Part shown: in pieces, positions 37,234-49,477 of the stretch
Layout: every line of letters starts with the position of its first letter
Position numbering within the stretch: position 1 is the stretch's first letter
NCBI GenBank assembly: GCA_964402785.1
Contig: CAYODQ010000005.1
Coordinates: 1 to 61,710 of the forward strand
Source of the DNA: an uncultured Planctomycetia bacterium
GTDB taxonomy: Bacteria > Omnitrophota > Gorgyraeia > 2-02-FULL-51-18
DNA length: 61,710 nt
Direction: 5' to 3'
Notes under the pieces: model-generated
Seen by the model: the letters and a program-made list of their open reading frames with translations, nothing else
The model's database searches: none
What the model was told of the DNA's origin: nothing
Translations under genes and position numbers: made by a program

Positions 37234-37778
37234 TTCTTGATCAGCCCAATGCGCCTAGGCGGCCACCAACGAAACACCGCCTTGCCAAGCACATACGATT
37301 TTGGGACAAATCCCCAAAAACGGCTATCGGTTGAATTGGCGCTGTTGTCACCCAAGACATAATACATATTCGTCGGAACTTTTATTTGCTCGCCGGGTCC
37401 GCCATACGGATCATGATTGTAATAGGTGAACTCTCCCAAACCATCCTCGCGAGTCATTTCTTTACCGTCCACATAGATCTTGCCATCACGGATCTCAACG
37501 GTTTCGCCGCCCATCGCCACCAGGCGTTTAATAAAGTCTTTTTTGGTGTCTTGTGGGTATTTGAATACGATGATATCCCCGCGTTTGGGTTGTTCGAATC
37601 GGTATATGTATTTATTCACAAAAAGCTTATCGCCTTCCTGAAGGGTCGGCCGCATGGATCCCGAAGGGATCTTGAATGCCTGGATCACATAAGTGCGAAT
37701 GATCAACGTCAACACCAGCGCAACTAAGATAGAATGCAGCCACTCTTTGGCTTCTTTTTTGATTATTTCTTTGTTCAT
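37230..37778 (-). CDS. lepB: Signal peptidase I
   Basis: IPSGSMRPTL, FIKRL, GDNSANSTDSRFWG. Confidence 0.98.
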   Translation of the reverse strand: MNKEIIKKEAKEWLHSILVALVLTLIIRTYVIQAFKIPSGSMRPTLQEGDKLFVNKYIYRFEQPKRGDIIVFKYPQDTKKDFIKRLVAMGGETVEIRDGKIYVDGKEMTREDGLGEFTYYNHDPYGGPGEQIKVPTNMYYVLGDNSANSTDSRFWGFVPKSYVLGKAVFRWWPPRRIGLIKN

Positions 37779-39580
37779 TATTCGTCCCCCTTGAGAGCAG
37801 CCAAAAAGGCCTCCTGCGGGATCTCGACGCGTCCAAATTGTTTCATACGCTTCTTACCTTCTTTCTGTTTTTCCCACAGCTTACGCTTGCGGGTGATATC
37901 GCCGCCATAGCACTTCGATGTGACATTCTTGCCCATGGGCTTGACCGTCTCGCGCGCGATGATCTTGCCACCGATAGCGGCCTGAATAGCAACCTCGAAC
38001 ATCTGCCTTGGAATCAATTCCTTCAATTTTTCGCAGAGCTTGCGTCCTTTTTCCTGCGCGCGTTCTCGATGCGCGATCATACTGAATGAGTCGCAGATCT
38101 CGTTGTTGATGAGGATGTCGAGCTTGACCAGATCGCTCTCTCGGTGCCCTTTCGGCTCGTAATCCATCGAGCCATAGCCCTTCGAGATGGATTTGATGCG
38201 GTCGTTGAAATCGACGATGATCTCGGAAAGCGGAAATTCATATACGATCTTGACTCGGTCCTCCGAGAGATACTCCGTGCCTTTATACTCGCCGCGGCGC
38301 GTCTCACAAAGATCCAATATTGGCCCCATGCTGGCTGGCGGGATCATGATCGTCGCCTCGACGAACGGCTCCATTGTCGCCTCGATCTGGGAGGGGTCAG
38401 GCATTTTACTTGGATTTTCAATGTCGATGATCTCGCCGCTGTGGGCCTTTTTGACCTTGTACGCGACACTCGGCGTTGTGATAACGAGATTCTGGTCATA
38501 TTCGCGCTCTAAGCGCTCCTGCACGATCTCCATATGAAGCAGCCCAAGGAAACCGCAACGAAAACCAAATCCAACCGAGGCTGAGCTTTCGACTTCGTAT
38601 ACAAATGAAGCATCTGAGAGCTGGAGCTTTTCCAACGAATCCTTCAACGCCTGAAAATCACTCGAATTCACCGGGTAAATACCCGCAAAAACCATCGGGC
38701 GTATCTTTTTATAGCCGGGCAAGGGCTCAGCACATGGGTTTTTGTCGTCTGTCAGCGTGTCGCCATTCTCCACTTCTTTTGCCGCGCGAATATTGCAGGT
38801 GATATAGCCCACTTCCCCGCACCCGAGTTTTTCGCAGGGGTTGGGCTTCGGCGTCAGCACGCCAACTTCCAAGATCTCGTACGTGCGCCCTGAAGACATC
38901 ATCCGTATCTTCATACCCTTCTTGAGTGAACCGTTGAAAATGCGCACGTACACGATCACGCCCTGGTAGGGGTCGTACTGCGAATCAAAAATGAGTGCCT
39001 GGAGCGGTTTGTCCGGATCGCCCTCGGGCGGCGGCACCTTCTCAACGATGCGTTCGAGGATCTCCCCGATGCCTATACCCATCTTAGCACTAGCCATGAT
39101 GATCTCGTGTTCCTCGATACCAAACGCCAAATGGATCTGTTTTTTGACCTTCTCGGGCTCAGCCGTCGGCAGGTCGATCTTGTTCATCACAGGCACTACT
39201 TCCAGGTTATTCTCGAAGGCGAGGAAAAAATTGGCCACGGTCTGTGCCTCAACCCCCTGGCCCGCGTCGACGACAAGGATAGCACCCTCGCAGGCGCGCA
39301 AGCTTTTCGAGACTTCGTACGAAAAATCCACGTGACCCGGAGTATCGATCAGGTTCAATACCATAGTCTCACCGTTGGGACGTTTGTAGTTGATCTTCAC
39401 AGCGCTGGCTTTGATGGTGATACCGCGTTCCTGCTCGAGATCCATGCTGTCGAGCAATTGATTGTGAAATGTGCGCTTGTCGATCGTGCCGGTGACCTCG
39501 AGAATACGATCGGCTAGCGTGGATTTACCATGATCCACATGGGCGATGATGGAAAAATTGCGGATATGAGACTGCTTCAT
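37778..39580 (-). CDS. lepA: Elongation factor 4
   Basis: [44 protein letters not shown]. Confidence 0.99.
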   Translation of the reverse strand: MKQSHIRNFSIIAHVDHGKSTLADRILEVTGTIDKRTFHNQLLDSMDLEQERGITIKASAVKINYKRPNGETMVLNLIDTPGHVDFSYEVSKSLRACEGAILVVDAGQGVEAQTVANFFLAFENNLEVVPVMNKIDLPTAEPEKVKKQIHLAFGIEEHEIIMASAKMGIGIGEILERIVEKVPPPEGDPDKPLQALIFDSQYDPYQGVIVYVRIFNGSLKKGMKIRMMSSGRTYEILEVGVLTPKPNPCEKLGCGEVGYITCNIRAAKEVENGDTLTDDKNPCAEPLPGYKKIRPMVFAGIYPVNSSDFQALKDSLEKLQLSDASFVYEVESSASVGFGFRCGFLGLLHMEIVQERLEREYDQNLVITTPSVAYKVKKAHSGEIIDIENPSKMPDPSQIEATMEPFVEATIMIPPASMGPILDLCETRRGEYKGTEYLSEDRVKIVYEFPLSEIIVDFNDRIKSISKGYGSMDYEPKGHRESDLVKLDILINNEICDSFSMIAHRERAQEKGRKLCEKLKELIPRQMFEVAIQAAIGGKIIARETVKPMGKNVTSKCYGGDITRKRKLWEKQKEGKKRMKQFGRVEIPQEAFLAALKGDE

Positions 39581-39596
39581 CGCAGATTTTAACCTC

Positions 39597-41006
39597 TCAA
39601 AGGCTGAGAGCGAACTCTCGTCCCTGCTTCACAAGCGTATCCGCCAGATCCTGGGAGGTGGCTTCTGAATACACCCGCAAAATAGGCTCGGTGCCGGACA
39701 GTCGGAATAAAAGCCAACTGCCATCTTCCAGCATGAATTTAACCCCGTCCTGCCGGTTGACGCTCTTGATGCTGTGACCTGCGTATTTTTTGGGCGGATC
39801 CTGCTCCAGCGCTTTGAAAAGTTTAGGCTTAAGATCGTTGGGATAATTCATGTCGCTGCGAACATAAAATAATTTGCCAAATTCTTTTTCAACGGATTTC
39901 AGGATGTCATCAAAGCTCATCTTACGCATCGCCATCATTTCAGCGACCAGAAGGCCGGCCAACATCCCATCCCTCTCGTATAGATAATTTTGAAAACCAA
40001 TGCCGCCGGACTCTTCCCCGCCGATCAATACATTTTCTTTGCGCATCAAGTCGCAAACATACTTAAAACCAATGGGCGTCTCATGAACCTTAAGCCCCAA
40101 TTTTTTGGCCACCTTGTAGATCAAGACAGTGTTTGAGACGGTCGTCACCACACTCCCAACACGCTTAAGATCTTCCACAAAGTGAAGCATGATCAACGAC
40201 AGCAGGATCCCGGGTGATATGAACTCGCCACCCGGCCTTATGGCGCCCACACGGTCCGCATCCCCATCGGTCACGATACAAAAATCATGGCCGCCTTTTT
40301 TCATGAGCTCCATCGAAGCGCCTAAATTTTTGGGAATAGGCTCTGGCGCGTAGCCACCAAAAGTAATGTCGCGATTTCCGCGGATGGTGGTCACTTTCAC
40401 CTTTCCGCCGGAAAGCATATTTTCAATATGACCATTGCCCACGCCATGCATGGAATCCACCAGGATACGAAACGGTGACGCTTTGATCAGATCTATGTTC
40501 ACGTAAGCTTTCAAATTTTTGAGAAATGCTTCGTTCAGATCACGTACTTTATACTCAGGTTTTGCAGAGGATGAGTTTCTTACACGATTTTTTCCAATAA
40601 ATGACTCGACGGCATCCGTGATCGCTTTTTCAGCGGATCCGCCAAAATCGGTCTTGATCTTGACTCCGTTGTAGTCCGCCGGGTTGTGGCTGGCTGTGAT
40701 CGCGATGCCGCCGTCATATTTTTCGTTCACGATGGTGAAGCTCACTGCGGGCGTCGGACAGGCCTTGTCCGTCAGCACCACCTCGATACCGTTGGCAGAC
40801 AAGATCTCAGCAAATCTTGCGGCAAAAACTTCAGAATTTTTACGGTAATCGTAACCAATGACGATCTTGGGTTTCCGGCCGGCTTGCTTTTGGTGAAATT
40901 CTTTCAACATGTAGTCTGCATACGCTTGCGCGACAAGAGAAACATTGTCCATAGTAAACTCCGTGGACATAAGTGCCCGCCAACCATCCGTACCAAATTT
41001 AATCAT
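39597..41006 (-). CDS. Phosphoglucomutase/phosphomannomutase
   Basis: FGTDGWR, TASHNP, DGDADR, GEESG, RLSGTEP. Confidence 0.96.
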   Translation of the reverse strand: MIKFGTDGWRALMSTEFTMDNVSLVAQAYADYMLKEFHQKQAGRKPKIVIGYDYRKNSEVFAARFAEILSANGIEVVLTDKACPTPAVSFTIVNEKYDGGIAITASHNPADYNGVKIKTDFGGSAEKAITDAVESFIGKNRVRNSSSAKPEYKVRDLNEAFLKNLKAYVNIDLIKASPFRILVDSMHGVGNGHIENMLSGGKVKVTTIRGNRDITFGGYAPEPIPKNLGASMELMKKGGHDFCIVTDGDADRVGAIRPGGEFISPGILLSLIMLHFVEDLKRVGSVVTTVSNTVLIYKVAKKLGLKVHETPIGFKYVCDLMRKENVLIGGEESGGIGFQNYLYERDGMLAGLLVAEMMAMRKMSFDDILKSVEKEFGKLFYVRSDMNYPNDLKPKLFKALEQDPPKKYAGHSIKSVNRQDGVKFMLEDGSWLLFRLSGTEPILRVYSEATSQDLADTLVKQGREFALSL

Positions 41007-41649
41007 GAACTCTTAACCCTTTGATTGCTTTCGCTACATCCGTTTGTCCGAAGATCGCCGTGCCGGCCACCAACACATTGGCGCCTGCCTCGACCACCAG
41101 CTTGGCCGTCTCGGAATTGATACCGCCATCTACCTCAATATCCTTATTAAATATTTTTCTAAGCGCTTGTATCTTTGGCAACACCTCAGGCATGAAGGAC
41201 TGGCCTCCAAAACCGGGATTCACCGTCATCAAAAGCACCATATCAATATCTTTTAAATGAGCCTCTAACACTGACAAGGGCGTAGCCGGTTTAAGTGAAA
41301 CGCCGCACTTGACCCCCTTTGATTGAATGAGCCGTAAAACATCGCCCAAATTAGTCTCACAAGCCTCCGCGTGAACCGTGACGCTGTCGGAGCCCGCCGC
41401 AATGAATTGCGGGATATATTTCTCAGGATTCTCGATCATCAAGTGAGTATCCAAAGGCAATTTGGTTACCTTGCGAATCGCTTTCACGATAAAAGGGCCT
41501 ACTGTGATATTCGGCACAAAATGCCCATCCATCACATCGATATGGATCATATCACACCCCGCTTTTTCGACCTTGGCGATCTCATTCCCCAAAACAGAGA
41601 AATCGGCCGATAAGAGCGATGGAGCGATCTTAAGCGGTCGTTGCTGCAT
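40999..41649 (-). CDS. rpe: Ribulose-phosphate 3-epimerase
   Basis: IAPSLLSADF, HIDVMDGHFVPN, MTVNPGFGGQ, EVDGGI. Confidence 0.99.
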   Translation of the reverse strand: MQQRPLKIAPSLLSADFSVLGNEIAKVEKAGCDMIHIDVMDGHFVPNITVGPFIVKAIRKVTKLPLDTHLMIENPEKYIPQFIAAGSDSVTVHAEACETNLGDVLRLIQSKGVKCGVSLKPATPLSVLEAHLKDIDMVLLMTVNPGFGGQSFMPEVLPKIQALRKIFNKDIEVDGGINSETAKLVVEAGANVLVAGTAIFGQTDVAKAIKGLRVHD

Positions 41650-42322
41650 GATCTCTATTCACAAATCTCCATTCATCGGACGCGGCTTTGAACACGTAGA
41701 CCGCCACCAAGACCAGCATGAGATGGCGTCTCCATACCCCCAAAAGAAAAAATAGTATAGCAAAAAACTGACCCATGAAAACAGAAATCCGAGTCGCCCT
41801 GACATAGGGCATCCAAAACGCCAAAAAGGCGCGGAAAACCCTGCCGCCGTCCATGGGAAATGCTGGGATCAGATTAAAGACCCCTAAAACGGGATTGATC
41901 CAAAGCAAATTGACCCATACCCCGCTCCATTCTGTGAGTGTAGGATTTACAACAGCCGCATGCCCGAGCGTGCGCTCCAGCACAAGATAAAGGATCGCTG
42001 CGATCCCAAAATTAAAAAATGGCCCGGCCAAAGCGATCGATATCTCCTGAGCAGGATTGCGAGGTATCCTTTCCATCGTGGCAACGCCGCCCATAGGATA
42101 AAGCGTAATATGGGGCACCGGAATTCCGAAGAATTTACTCACCAGGCTATGCGAGATCTCATGCCCAATGACACAGACAAAAACAAGCAGCACCAACACG
42201 AAAACCCGAATACCACCCAACACGCCAAGCTCCATACCATACCAAACAGCGAAGGCGCATGGTAGAAGCCAAAAACTGGGATGGATCCTGATCTCGATCC
42301 CAAAAAGACGTGCAATTTTCAA
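41630..42322 (-). CDS. Site-2 protease (M50)
   Basis: HEISH and NLIPAFPMDGGR. Confidence 0.95.
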   Translation of the reverse strand: MKIARLFGIEIRIHPSFWLLPCAFAVWYGMELGVLGGIRVFVLVLLVFVCVIGHEISHSLVSKFFGIPVPHITLYPMGGVATMERIPRNPAQEISIALAGPFFNFGIAAILYLVLERTLGHAAVVNPTLTEWSGVWVNLLWINPVLGVFNLIPAFPMDGGRVFRAFLAFWMPYVRATRISVFMGQFFAILFFLLGVWRRHLMLVLVAVYVFKAASDEWRFVNRDHAATTA

Positions 42323-42329
42323 TCGAAGG

Positions 42330-43610
42330 TCAACCTTGCATGGTCAGCAGGGATCCAAACTCTTTTTCGGATTGTTTGGGGCCCACAAGAGCCATATTGA
42401 GACTCTCGTCTTTAAAAAGCTGCTTCGCCACATTGCGAATATCTTCCGGGGTTACTTTTTCCACGCGCTCCAGGATCTCCTCCGTCGAACGGCAACGATT
42501 GAGCGTCACCGCGTTTTCGCCTGCCCACAACATTTGATTCATACTATTCTCGAGGCCAAGCTCCAATTGCCCCAGATAAAAATCCTTGGCTCGTCTTAAC
42601 TCTTCAGAAGACACCGTCTCATGTGTGATCTTGGCCAGCTCTTTCAGGATGACACGTGTCGCCTCGGCCGGTTTCTTGTTATCAACGCCCGCAGCTACGA
42701 CAAACGCACCCGTCTCGTGGTAGCGTCGCACATAGGATCCAACGTCATAAGCAAGGCCGCGCTCTTCACGAACTTCATTGAACAGGCGTGAAGACATATT
42801 ACCGCCCATGATCACGTTGAGAACGTCCAAAGCAAACTCATCCACATGGTCTTTGGGGAATGCGTGAAAAGCCAGGGACAAATGGGTTTGCTCGGTCGAT
42901 TTTTCGTGCAACTTAAGGCCTGGTTTAGATTGAGTGGGCTTAAACAAATGAATATCCTGCTTTTTGCCCGACGGAGACAGATGGGAAAAAAGACGTTCGG
43001 TTGCTTTGGTCAGCGCGCCCAGGTCGATATCACCCGCAGCCACTACCGTCAACATATCCGGCGTGTAGTGCGCATCGCGATAACCCGCTATGTCTTGACG
43101 AGAAAGGCCTGCGACCGTTTCTAAAGTGCCAGCCAAGGGCCTGCCCAGAGAGTGATTGGGCCACACCAATTCGGTCAAGATCTCATCCGCCAGCTGTGAA
43201 GGCTGATCCTGGGTCATTTTGACCTCTTCCATGATAACGGTCCGTTCTTTTTCTATATCCGATTCTTTCATGGAGGCGTTTAGAACCATATCCGCGAGAA
43301 CTTCGTACACATTCTCAAAATGGCGCCGTGCCACTTTAGCCAAAAAACAGGTGTATTCTTCAGAGGTGAAAGCGTTCATGCTGCCTCCCACGCCCTCGAT
43401 CGCTTCTTTGATCTGATTGGCAGTGCGAGTCTTGGTACCTTTAAAAACGATATGCTCCAAAAAATGTGAGACTCCGCTTAAACGCGGCTCTTCATGCCTT
43501 CCACCCACATGCGCCCAAATACCGATCGCTGTTGAATAACGCTCTTTCATCGGAACGGCCACCACCCGCATGCCATTCCCCAACCTTACGATCTCGTATC
43601 CTTTTTTCAT
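42330..43610 (-). CDS. M16 family (pitrilysin-like) Zn peptidase
   Basis: HFLEH, NAFTS, SRLFNEVREERGLAY. Confidence 0.96.
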   Translation of the reverse strand: MKKGYEIVRLGNGMRVVAVPMKERYSTAIGIWAHVGGRHEEPRLSGVSHFLEHIVFKGTKTRTANQIKEAIEGVGGSMNAFTSEEYTCFLAKVARRHFENVYEVLADMVLNASMKESDIEKERTVIMEEVKMTQDQPSQLADEILTELVWPNHSLGRPLAGTLETVAGLSRQDIAGYRDAHYTPDMLTVVAAGDIDLGALTKATERLFSHLSPSGKKQDIHLFKPTQSKPGLKLHEKSTEQTHLSLAFHAFPKDHVDEFALDVLNVIMGGNMSSRLFNEVREERGLAYDVGSYVRRYHETGAFVVAAGVDNKKPAEATRVILKELAKITHETVSSEELRRAKDFYLGQLELGLENSMNQMLWAGENAVTLNRCRSTEEILERVEKVTPEDIRNVAKQLFKDESLNMALVGPKQSEKEFGSLLTMQG

Positions 43611-44035
43611 TTTTTTTCCTTTTGTATTCTTTTGAATTCCAAATAATTTTGCAGGATCAGTGTTGCGGCCAATCGGTCACTCGAAGCTCTTTGTTTGGAG
43701 CGAGAAAGCCCCTCTTCGATCATAAGCCTGCCAGCTTCTTTGCTTGTCAAGCGTTCGTCCCATGTGGCGATCGGGATCTGCAACTCTTTTTCCAGAAGCC
43801 CCACCCATCGCATCGTGTGCTCAGCCTTAGGACCCAGTGTCCCGTTCATATTTCTGGGCAACCCTACAACGATCTCGGAGATCGCGTAGTCCTGGCAAAT
43901 TTTCTTAAGATGACCTATTACCTGCTCTTTGTTTTGGCCCACGAGCGTCTCTAATCCTTGAGCTGAGAAGCCAAGCGGATCTGAAACTGCCACACCTATC
44001 CTTTTTTCTCCCAGATCCAGCGATAAGATCCTCAT
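43607..44035 (-). CDS. ruvX: RuvX/YqgF pre-16S rRNA nuclease
   Basis: LDLGEKRIGVA, VVGLP, WDERLTS. Confidence 0.96.
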   Translation of the reverse strand: MRILSLDLGEKRIGVAVSDPLGFSAQGLETLVGQNKEQVIGHLKKICQDYAISEIVVGLPRNMNGTLGPKAEHTMRWVGLLEKELQIPIATWDERLTSKEAGRLMIEEGLSRSKQRASSDRLAATLILQNYLEFKRIQKEKK

Positions 44036-45045
44036 ATTTTCTTAAAAAGCAAAGCAGCTTCTTCAGAACGGCCCTTGGGGCAAATAAGTGTGCCGCGAGG
44101 CGTTTGTACCGCGATCACATTGTCCAAGCCGAGCACGATAAGAGGTGTTGAGGTTTGATTGACGACGAGAGAATCACGGACCTCTTGATGATAATAAAAG
44201 CCCTCGGCGTAATTGTTGAGAGGATCTCTCAAAGACTTCTCAAATAGCATGTCCCAACTGCCCATGTCACACCAATCCATATCTGTGCGATAGACAGCGA
44301 TATTATCCGCTTTTTCCATAAGCGCGTAATCGATAGAGATATTTGGGCATTTTTTGTAGCTGGAAGCAAGCTGATCCAATTTAAAATTTTGAAGGAATGC
44401 CGGGCTGTGCTTTTGCATGGCGTTCATGAAAGTGGTTATTTTCCAGGTAAAGATGCCCGCATTCCACAGATATTTCTTCTGCTGGGTGTATTGAATTGCT
44501 TTTTTCCGATCCGGCTTTTCGACAAATTTTAAAACACGGCTCGCGTTAGCTGCGCCCGTGAGGGATCGGCCGGACTCAATATAACCATATCCTGTTGCAG
44601 GAAAAGATGGCTTGATCCCCACCGTCACCAACAAGGAGCTGCTTTTCGCGAGAGCGACAGCTCCCTTCATGGTCTTCCTAAAAGCGCCTTCGTTCCGGAT
44701 CAGCTGGTCAGCTGGAAAAAATGAAACCACCTCATTCTCACCGAATTTTTTAGCCAACGTCGCACACGCTAAATATATTGCCGAGCACGTATTGTTGCGA
44801 AATGGCTCGATGATGATCTGAGAGCGTTTAAGATGCGGCAACTCCTGCCGGATCATCTTTTCATGGGGCTCGGTGGTCACCACATAGATCCCGTCCTTTT
44901 GGTAGATCTTGGACAGCCGATCGTAGGTCAACTCCAGTAGAGATTTTTTGCCGCCAAAACGGATACGATATTTGGGAAAGTCTTTATGCGTCAGTGGCCA
45001 AAATCTTTCGCCCTGGCCACCCGCCATGATAACGGCTTTTGCCAT
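44032..45045 (-). CDS. Mannose-1-phosphate guanylyltransferase
   Basis: MAGGQGERFWPL..PK, EPFRNNT, TGYGYI, FVEKP, WNAGIF, SIDYA. Confidence 0.93.
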   Translation of the reverse strand: MAKAVIMAGGQGERFWPLTHKDFPKYRIRFGGKKSLLELTYDRLSKIYQKDGIYVVTTEPHEKMIRQELPHLKRSQIIIEPFRNNTCSAIYLACATLAKKFGENEVVSFFPADQLIRNEGAFRKTMKGAVALAKSSSLLVTVGIKPSFPATGYGYIESGRSLTGAANASRVLKFVEKPDRKKAIQYTQQKKYLWNAGIFTWKITTFMNAMQKHSPAFLQNFKLDQLASSYKKCPNISIDYALMEKADNIAVYRTDMDWCDMGSWDMLFEKSLRDPLNNYAEGFYYHQEVRDSLVVNQTSTPLIVLGLDNVIAVQTPRGTLICPKGRSEEAALLFKKI

Positions 45046-45845
45046 TAGCGGACCTTTGCAACTGCGTTGGCAATGGGACGGATAAAATCGTTGCAGAATT
45101 TTTGGGCGGAAACGGATTTATTCTCATGAAGGGCCCTGACCACAGCACTGCCCACAATAATACCATCACCCAACTTAGCCATAGCACTTGCTTGTTCGGG
45201 ATTAGAGATACCAAAACCAATGCAAAGCGGGAGTTTGGTTTTTTGTTTAACTCTCCGCACTTGCGCTCCGATCTCCCCAGGGAGCTTGGTCTGTGCGCCT
45301 GTGACGCCGGTGACAGAAACATAATAAATAAAACCCTTGGACTTGCTAGAAATAAGCCGGATACGCTTATCAGAGCTCGTAGGCGCCAAAAGATAAACAA
45401 GATCCAGGCCGCCCGCGTTCATTTGTTTGGCAAACTCTTTCTCTTCATCCGGCGGGAGCTCCGGCACGATCAAACCGTCCACGCCGCATTTTTTGGCATC
45501 TACCATGAATTTTTTAAATCCATACCGCCAAATCGGGTTGAGGTATGTCATAAAAACGATCGGGATCTGAGTTTTTTGGCGGACACGCGCCACCAGATCC
45601 AATACTTTTTTAAGGTTGGTCCCGCGCTCAAGTGACCTCATTGATGACGCTTGGATCACTGGGCCATCCGCCACAGGATCTGAAAACGGAATGCCCAGCT
45701 CGATCAGGTCCACTCCGGCCTTTTCCATCTCAGGGATCAAAGCTTCGTTGAGAGAAAGACTTGGGTCGCCGGCCGTCATAAAAACAATAAAAGCTTTTTT
45801 CTTTGATTTTTTAAGCTGTTTAAATTTTGATTCGATGCGGCCCAT
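45045..45845 (-). CDS. trpA: Tryptophan synthase alpha chain
   Basis: TAGDP, ELGIPFSDPVADGPVIQ, GFGIS. Confidence 0.99.
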   Translation of the reverse strand: MGRIESKFKQLKKSKKKAFIVFMTAGDPSLSLNEALIPEMEKAGVDLIELGIPFSDPVADGPVIQASSMRSLERGTNLKKVLDLVARVRQKTQIPIVFMTYLNPIWRYGFKKFMVDAKKCGVDGLIVPELPPDEEKEFAKQMNAGGLDLVYLLAPTSSDKRIRLISSKSKGFIYYVSVTGVTGAQTKLPGEIGAQVRRVKQKTKLPLCIGFGISNPEQASAMAKLGDGIIVGSAVVRALHENKSVSAQKFCNDFIRPIANAVAKVR

Positions 45846-45846
45846 A

Positions 45847-47055
45847 TTAAAATTTCAATACCTTTGATACTTGCTGCACATCTTTATCCCCGCGGCCCGA
45901 CAAACAAATGATCATTGTGTCTGATTTCTTAAATCGTTTTTTATCGCGGATCAAATACCCTATCGCATGCGCCGGCTCAAGTGCCGGGATAATCCCCTCG
46001 GTTTGACTGAGTGTCTTCATACCCAGAAGCGCATCTTTATCCGTCGCCCATTCGTACTGAGCCCGACCCGCCATCTTTAGAAAGGCGTGCTCAGGCCCCA
46101 CACCGGGATAATCCAAGCCGGCTGATATTGAGTGCGCCAAAAGGATCTGGCCATTATCATCTTGAAGTATTTCGCTTTTAGAACCATGCAATATACCCAT
46201 ACGGCCTTTGGTGAGCGTCGCGGCGTGTTGAGTGGTGTGTATGCCAAGCCCTGCCGCTTCAACGCCGATCATTTTGGAACGACGAGTCAAATACGGATGA
46301 AAAAAACCAATGGAATTGGAGCCTCCGCCCACACAGGCCACCAAATAATCAGGATCAGATAACCCCAACTTTTTCGTGGAAGCTTGAGTTTCCTTGCCGA
46401 TCACGGATTGAAAATCGCGCACCATCATCGGATACGGGTGCGGCCCTATCACGGAGCCGATAATGTAATGCGTATCCCTCACATTGGTCACCCAGTCTCG
46501 AATAGCTTCATTGCAAGCATCCTTTAAAGTTTTGGAGCCTGATTTGACGGGAATAACACGAGTGCCCAGCATTTTCATACGAAATACATTCAATTCTTGG
46601 CGATGCACATCTTCTTCGCCCATGTAGACTTCACATTGGATACCAAAAAGCGCACATACAGTTGCCGTTGCGACACCATGCTGACCGGCGCCTGTCTCAG
46701 CGATCACGCGCTTTTTACCCATACGCTTTGTCAAAAGCACCTGGCCCAATGTGTTGTTGATCTTATGAGAGCCCGTGTGAAGCAAATCTTCGCGCTTCAA
46801 AAATACCCTTTTTACCCCCAGCAACTTCGCGAGGTTTTTCACCTCGGTAAGCGCAGTGGGTCGCCCGGCATAATGGTGCAGATAATATGAGAGCTCCTTT
46901 TTGAATCGCGGGTCTTTTTTGGCATCTCGATAACAGGCCTGCAGCTCATCCAAAGCAGCCATCAGCGTTTCTGGCATGAATTTTCCGCCGTAAGGCCCGA
47001 AGTGGCCTCCGGCATCCGGCCATTTGGCCCAGTATTTTTTATCGTGTTTTGACAT
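45847..47055 (-). CDS. trpB: Tryptophan synthase beta chain
   Basis: [33 protein letters not shown]. Confidence 0.99.
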   Translation of the reverse strand: MSKHDKKYWAKWPDAGGHFGPYGGKFMPETLMAALDELQACYRDAKKDPRFKKELSYYLHHYAGRPTALTEVKNLAKLLGVKRVFLKREDLLHTGSHKINNTLGQVLLTKRMGKKRVIAETGAGQHGVATATVCALFGIQCEVYMGEEDVHRQELNVFRMKMLGTRVIPVKSGSKTLKDACNEAIRDWVTNVRDTHYIIGSVIGPHPYPMMVRDFQSVIGKETQASTKKLGLSDPDYLVACVGGGSNSIGFFHPYLTRRSKMIGVEAAGLGIHTTQHAATLTKGRMGILHGSKSEILQDDNGQILLAHSISAGLDYPGVGPEHAFLKMAGRAQYEWATDKDALLGMKTLSQTEGIIPALEPAHAIGYLIRDKKRFKKSDTMIICLSGRGDKDVQQVSKVLKF

Positions 47056-47656
47056 TTTCTATAAATTTCCTGATTAAAAATGGATCTTTGATTCCGGGTG
47101 ACTTCTCAACCCCGCTCGATACGTCCACCCCATATGGCTCACAGATCTTAAGGAGCTGCCCTACGTTATCAGGCCTAAGCCCTCCCGAGACGATGAGCGG
47201 CGCTGACGTTTTTAATTTTTTGAGCTTGGCCCAATCAAATGTCTTGCCAGTTCCACCGTATTGCCCAGACGAAAATGTATCCAACAAAAGTGCGTTGGCT
47301 GGAAACTTGGCTATTTTATCAAAATTCAAATGATCCGCCACGCGAAATGCTTTGATGACCTTCAAAGATCCGGAGGCCAAAGCTCTGACCGCCTGAGACG
47401 TCTCATCCCCATGCAACTGCACGGCGCTCAACTTACACTTCTGAGCAATGCGAAGAATGGTGGAAGTTTTTTCATTCACAAATACACCCACGGTAGAGAT
47501 CAGGGGTCCTAATTGAGAAGTTATCTCACGAGCCTTTTCCGGACTCACCTTTCTCGAGCTTTTTGCGAATACAAAACCCACGGCATCCGCTCCGGCATCT
47601 CTGGCTATCAGAGCATCTTCTAGGCGTGTGATCCCGCATATTTTAACACGTATCAT
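47039..47656 (-). CDS. trpF: Phosphoribosylanthranilate isomerase
   Basis: [28 protein letters not shown]. Confidence 0.98.
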   Translation of the reverse strand: MIRVKICGITRLEDALIARDAGADAVGFVFAKSSRKVSPEKAREITSQLGPLISTVGVFVNEKTSTILRIAQKCKLSAVQLHGDETSQAVRALASGSLKVIKAFRVADHLNFDKIAKFPANALLLDTFSSGQYGGTGKTFDWAKLKKLKTSAPLIVSGGLRPDNVGQLLKICEPYGVDVSSGVEKSPGIKDPFLIRKFIENVKTR

Positions 47657-47657
47657 A

Positions 47658-48440
47658 CTAAGCTTTCTTTAAAAGTGACCGGAGCGCCATACCGGGATTT
47701 TGCTGCTTCATAAGACTTTCCCCCACCAGCACGGCCGTAGCCCCATACGCCTTTACGCGCACGAGATCATCGGGTGTGGCAATGCCGCTTTCGGCGACCA
47801 GAACACCCGCATGCTGAATGTGTTGAGACAAACGCTCGGTTGTTTGCAGATCCACTTGAAATGTGTCCAAGTCGCGATTATTGATACCGACCACTTTTGG
47901 CTTAAGTGGCTTTATCTTAGCCCAATCTTTAACATCGTGGATTTCGTACAAAATATCAAGGCCCAGTGACTCGGCGACTCTCGACAAAGACTTCAGCTGA
48001 GCGGCAGTAAGTATCCTTGCGATCAAAAGCACCGCATCGGCTCCCATGATCTTAGATTCATAGATCTGCGCTTCATCGATCACAAAATCCTTGCGAAGGA
48101 TCGGCAGTGTCGTGACCTTACGAACATTCTTTAGGATGGAGGGGGATCCTGCAAAGAATTTCCGATCCGTCAATACTGACAACGCGCTAGCACCCCCCTT
48201 TTCGTACTGCCGAGCGATCCAGACAGGGTCAAAATCTTTTCTCAAAATCCCCTTGGACGGGGATTTCTTTTTGATCTCAGCGATCACAGCCAAAACACCC
48301 GCTCCGGCAAGGCTGGCAGCAAAGAACCCGCCTCGACGTGGTAACACCAAAGCTTTTTCTTTGAGTTGGGCATATTGTCGCCCGGCCTTAAGTTTGGCGA
48401 TTTCAATTTTTTTTTGATCAACGATCTTATCTAGAATCAC
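47658..48440 (-). CDS. trpC: Indole-3-glycerol phosphate synthase
   Basis: IAEIKKKSPSKG, LRKDF, GINNRDL, AESGI. Confidence 0.98.
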   Translation of the reverse strand: MILDKIVDQKKIEIAKLKAGRQYAQLKEKALVLPRRGGFFAASLAGAGVLAVIAEIKKKSPSKGILRKDFDPVWIARQYEKGGASALSVLTDRKFFAGSPSILKNVRKVTTLPILRKDFVIDEAQIYESKIMGADAVLLIARILTAAQLKSLSRVAESLGLDILYEIHDVKDWAKIKPLKPKVVGINNRDLDTFQVDLQTTERLSQHIQHAGVLVAESGIATPDDLVRVKAYGATAVLVGESLMKQQNPGMALRSLLKKA

Positions 48441-49477
48441 AATCCGACCTTTTGGCTGAATAAAGCAACCTCGGTTAACTTCTTCTGAGCTTTTCCGCTT
48501 TCCAATGCATCGATAGCGACCAACAATCCCTCTTTGATCGATCTAGCTTTTCCGCAGCAATATAGCGCCGCCGCAGCGTTTAGAGACACGATCTTCATCG
48601 CGCCGCTTTGGTCGCCCTTTAGCACACCGATCGCTGCATCACGACCGGCTTCTTTGGTCATGCACCGCAGACTTTCGATGGACTCGCGCTTAAGATTAAA
48701 GTCTTCGGGCACTACTTCGTATTGCAAGATCTCCTTACCCTTTACTTCGCAAATAGATGTTTTTCCGCTCAAGCTGATCTCATCCAACCCATCATGCCCA
48801 TGCACAACCAGGGCCCTTTCGACTCCGAGCTGCACCAACACCTGCGCCATCGGCTTGACCAGCTGCGAAGAGTACACGCCTAGCAATTGATAACGGGCTT
48901 GCGCAGGATTGGCCAGAGGGCCCAATAAATTGAATATTGTTTTACCCTGGATCTTCTTTCGCGCTGGCATGGCAAAGCGTGTTGCCGGGTGGAAAAGGGG
49001 TGCAAAGAAAAAACCAAATCCTGTTCGGGTGAGGCATGCAGCGACATTTTCGGGCGATAAGTCGACCTTGACCCCCAGGAGCTCCAGAAGATCCGCGCTG
49101 CCGCAGACACTGGAAACCGATCGATTACCATGTTTGGCCACTTGAGCCCCGGCAGAGCATGCAACCAAAGCGGACAAGGTCGAAACGTTGAGCGTCTTCA
49201 AATTGTCTCCGCCCGTGCCACAAGTATCCAAAAGATCAGGAAATTTTTTGGGAAGAGGCACTGCGACACGTCTCATCACCTTTGCAGCGGCTGCGATCTC
49301 GTCAACGCTTTCACCCTTATCGCGAAGCGCCACAAGAAATTGCTCGATCTGGCCGTCAGAAAGAGCGCCCGCGACGATCGATTCCATAACCGCTGTCATC
49401 TGCATCCCGCTAAGCGGCTTTTCTTTTCCGAGCTGGATAAGCGCATCCGCCATCAATGCGCCGGGATCAGGCTTCAT
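48437..49477 (-). CDS. trpD: Anthranilate phosphoribosyltransferase
   Basis: [31 protein letters not shown]. Confidence 0.98.
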   Translation of the reverse strand: MKPDPGALMADALIQLGKEKPLSGMQMTAVMESIVAGALSDGQIEQFLVALRDKGESVDEIAAAAKVMRRVAVPLPKKFPDLLDTCGTGGDNLKTLNVSTLSALVACSAGAQVAKHGNRSVSSVCGSADLLELLGVKVDLSPENVAACLTRTGFGFFFAPLFHPATRFAMPARKKIQGKTIFNLLGPLANPAQARYQLLGVYSSQLVKPMAQVLVQLGVERALVVHGHDGLDEISLSGKTSICEVKGKEILQYEVVPEDFNLKRESIESLRCMTKEAGRDAAIGVLKGDQSGAMKIVSLNAAAALYCCGKARSIKEGLLVAIDALESGKAQKKLTEVALFSQKVGL

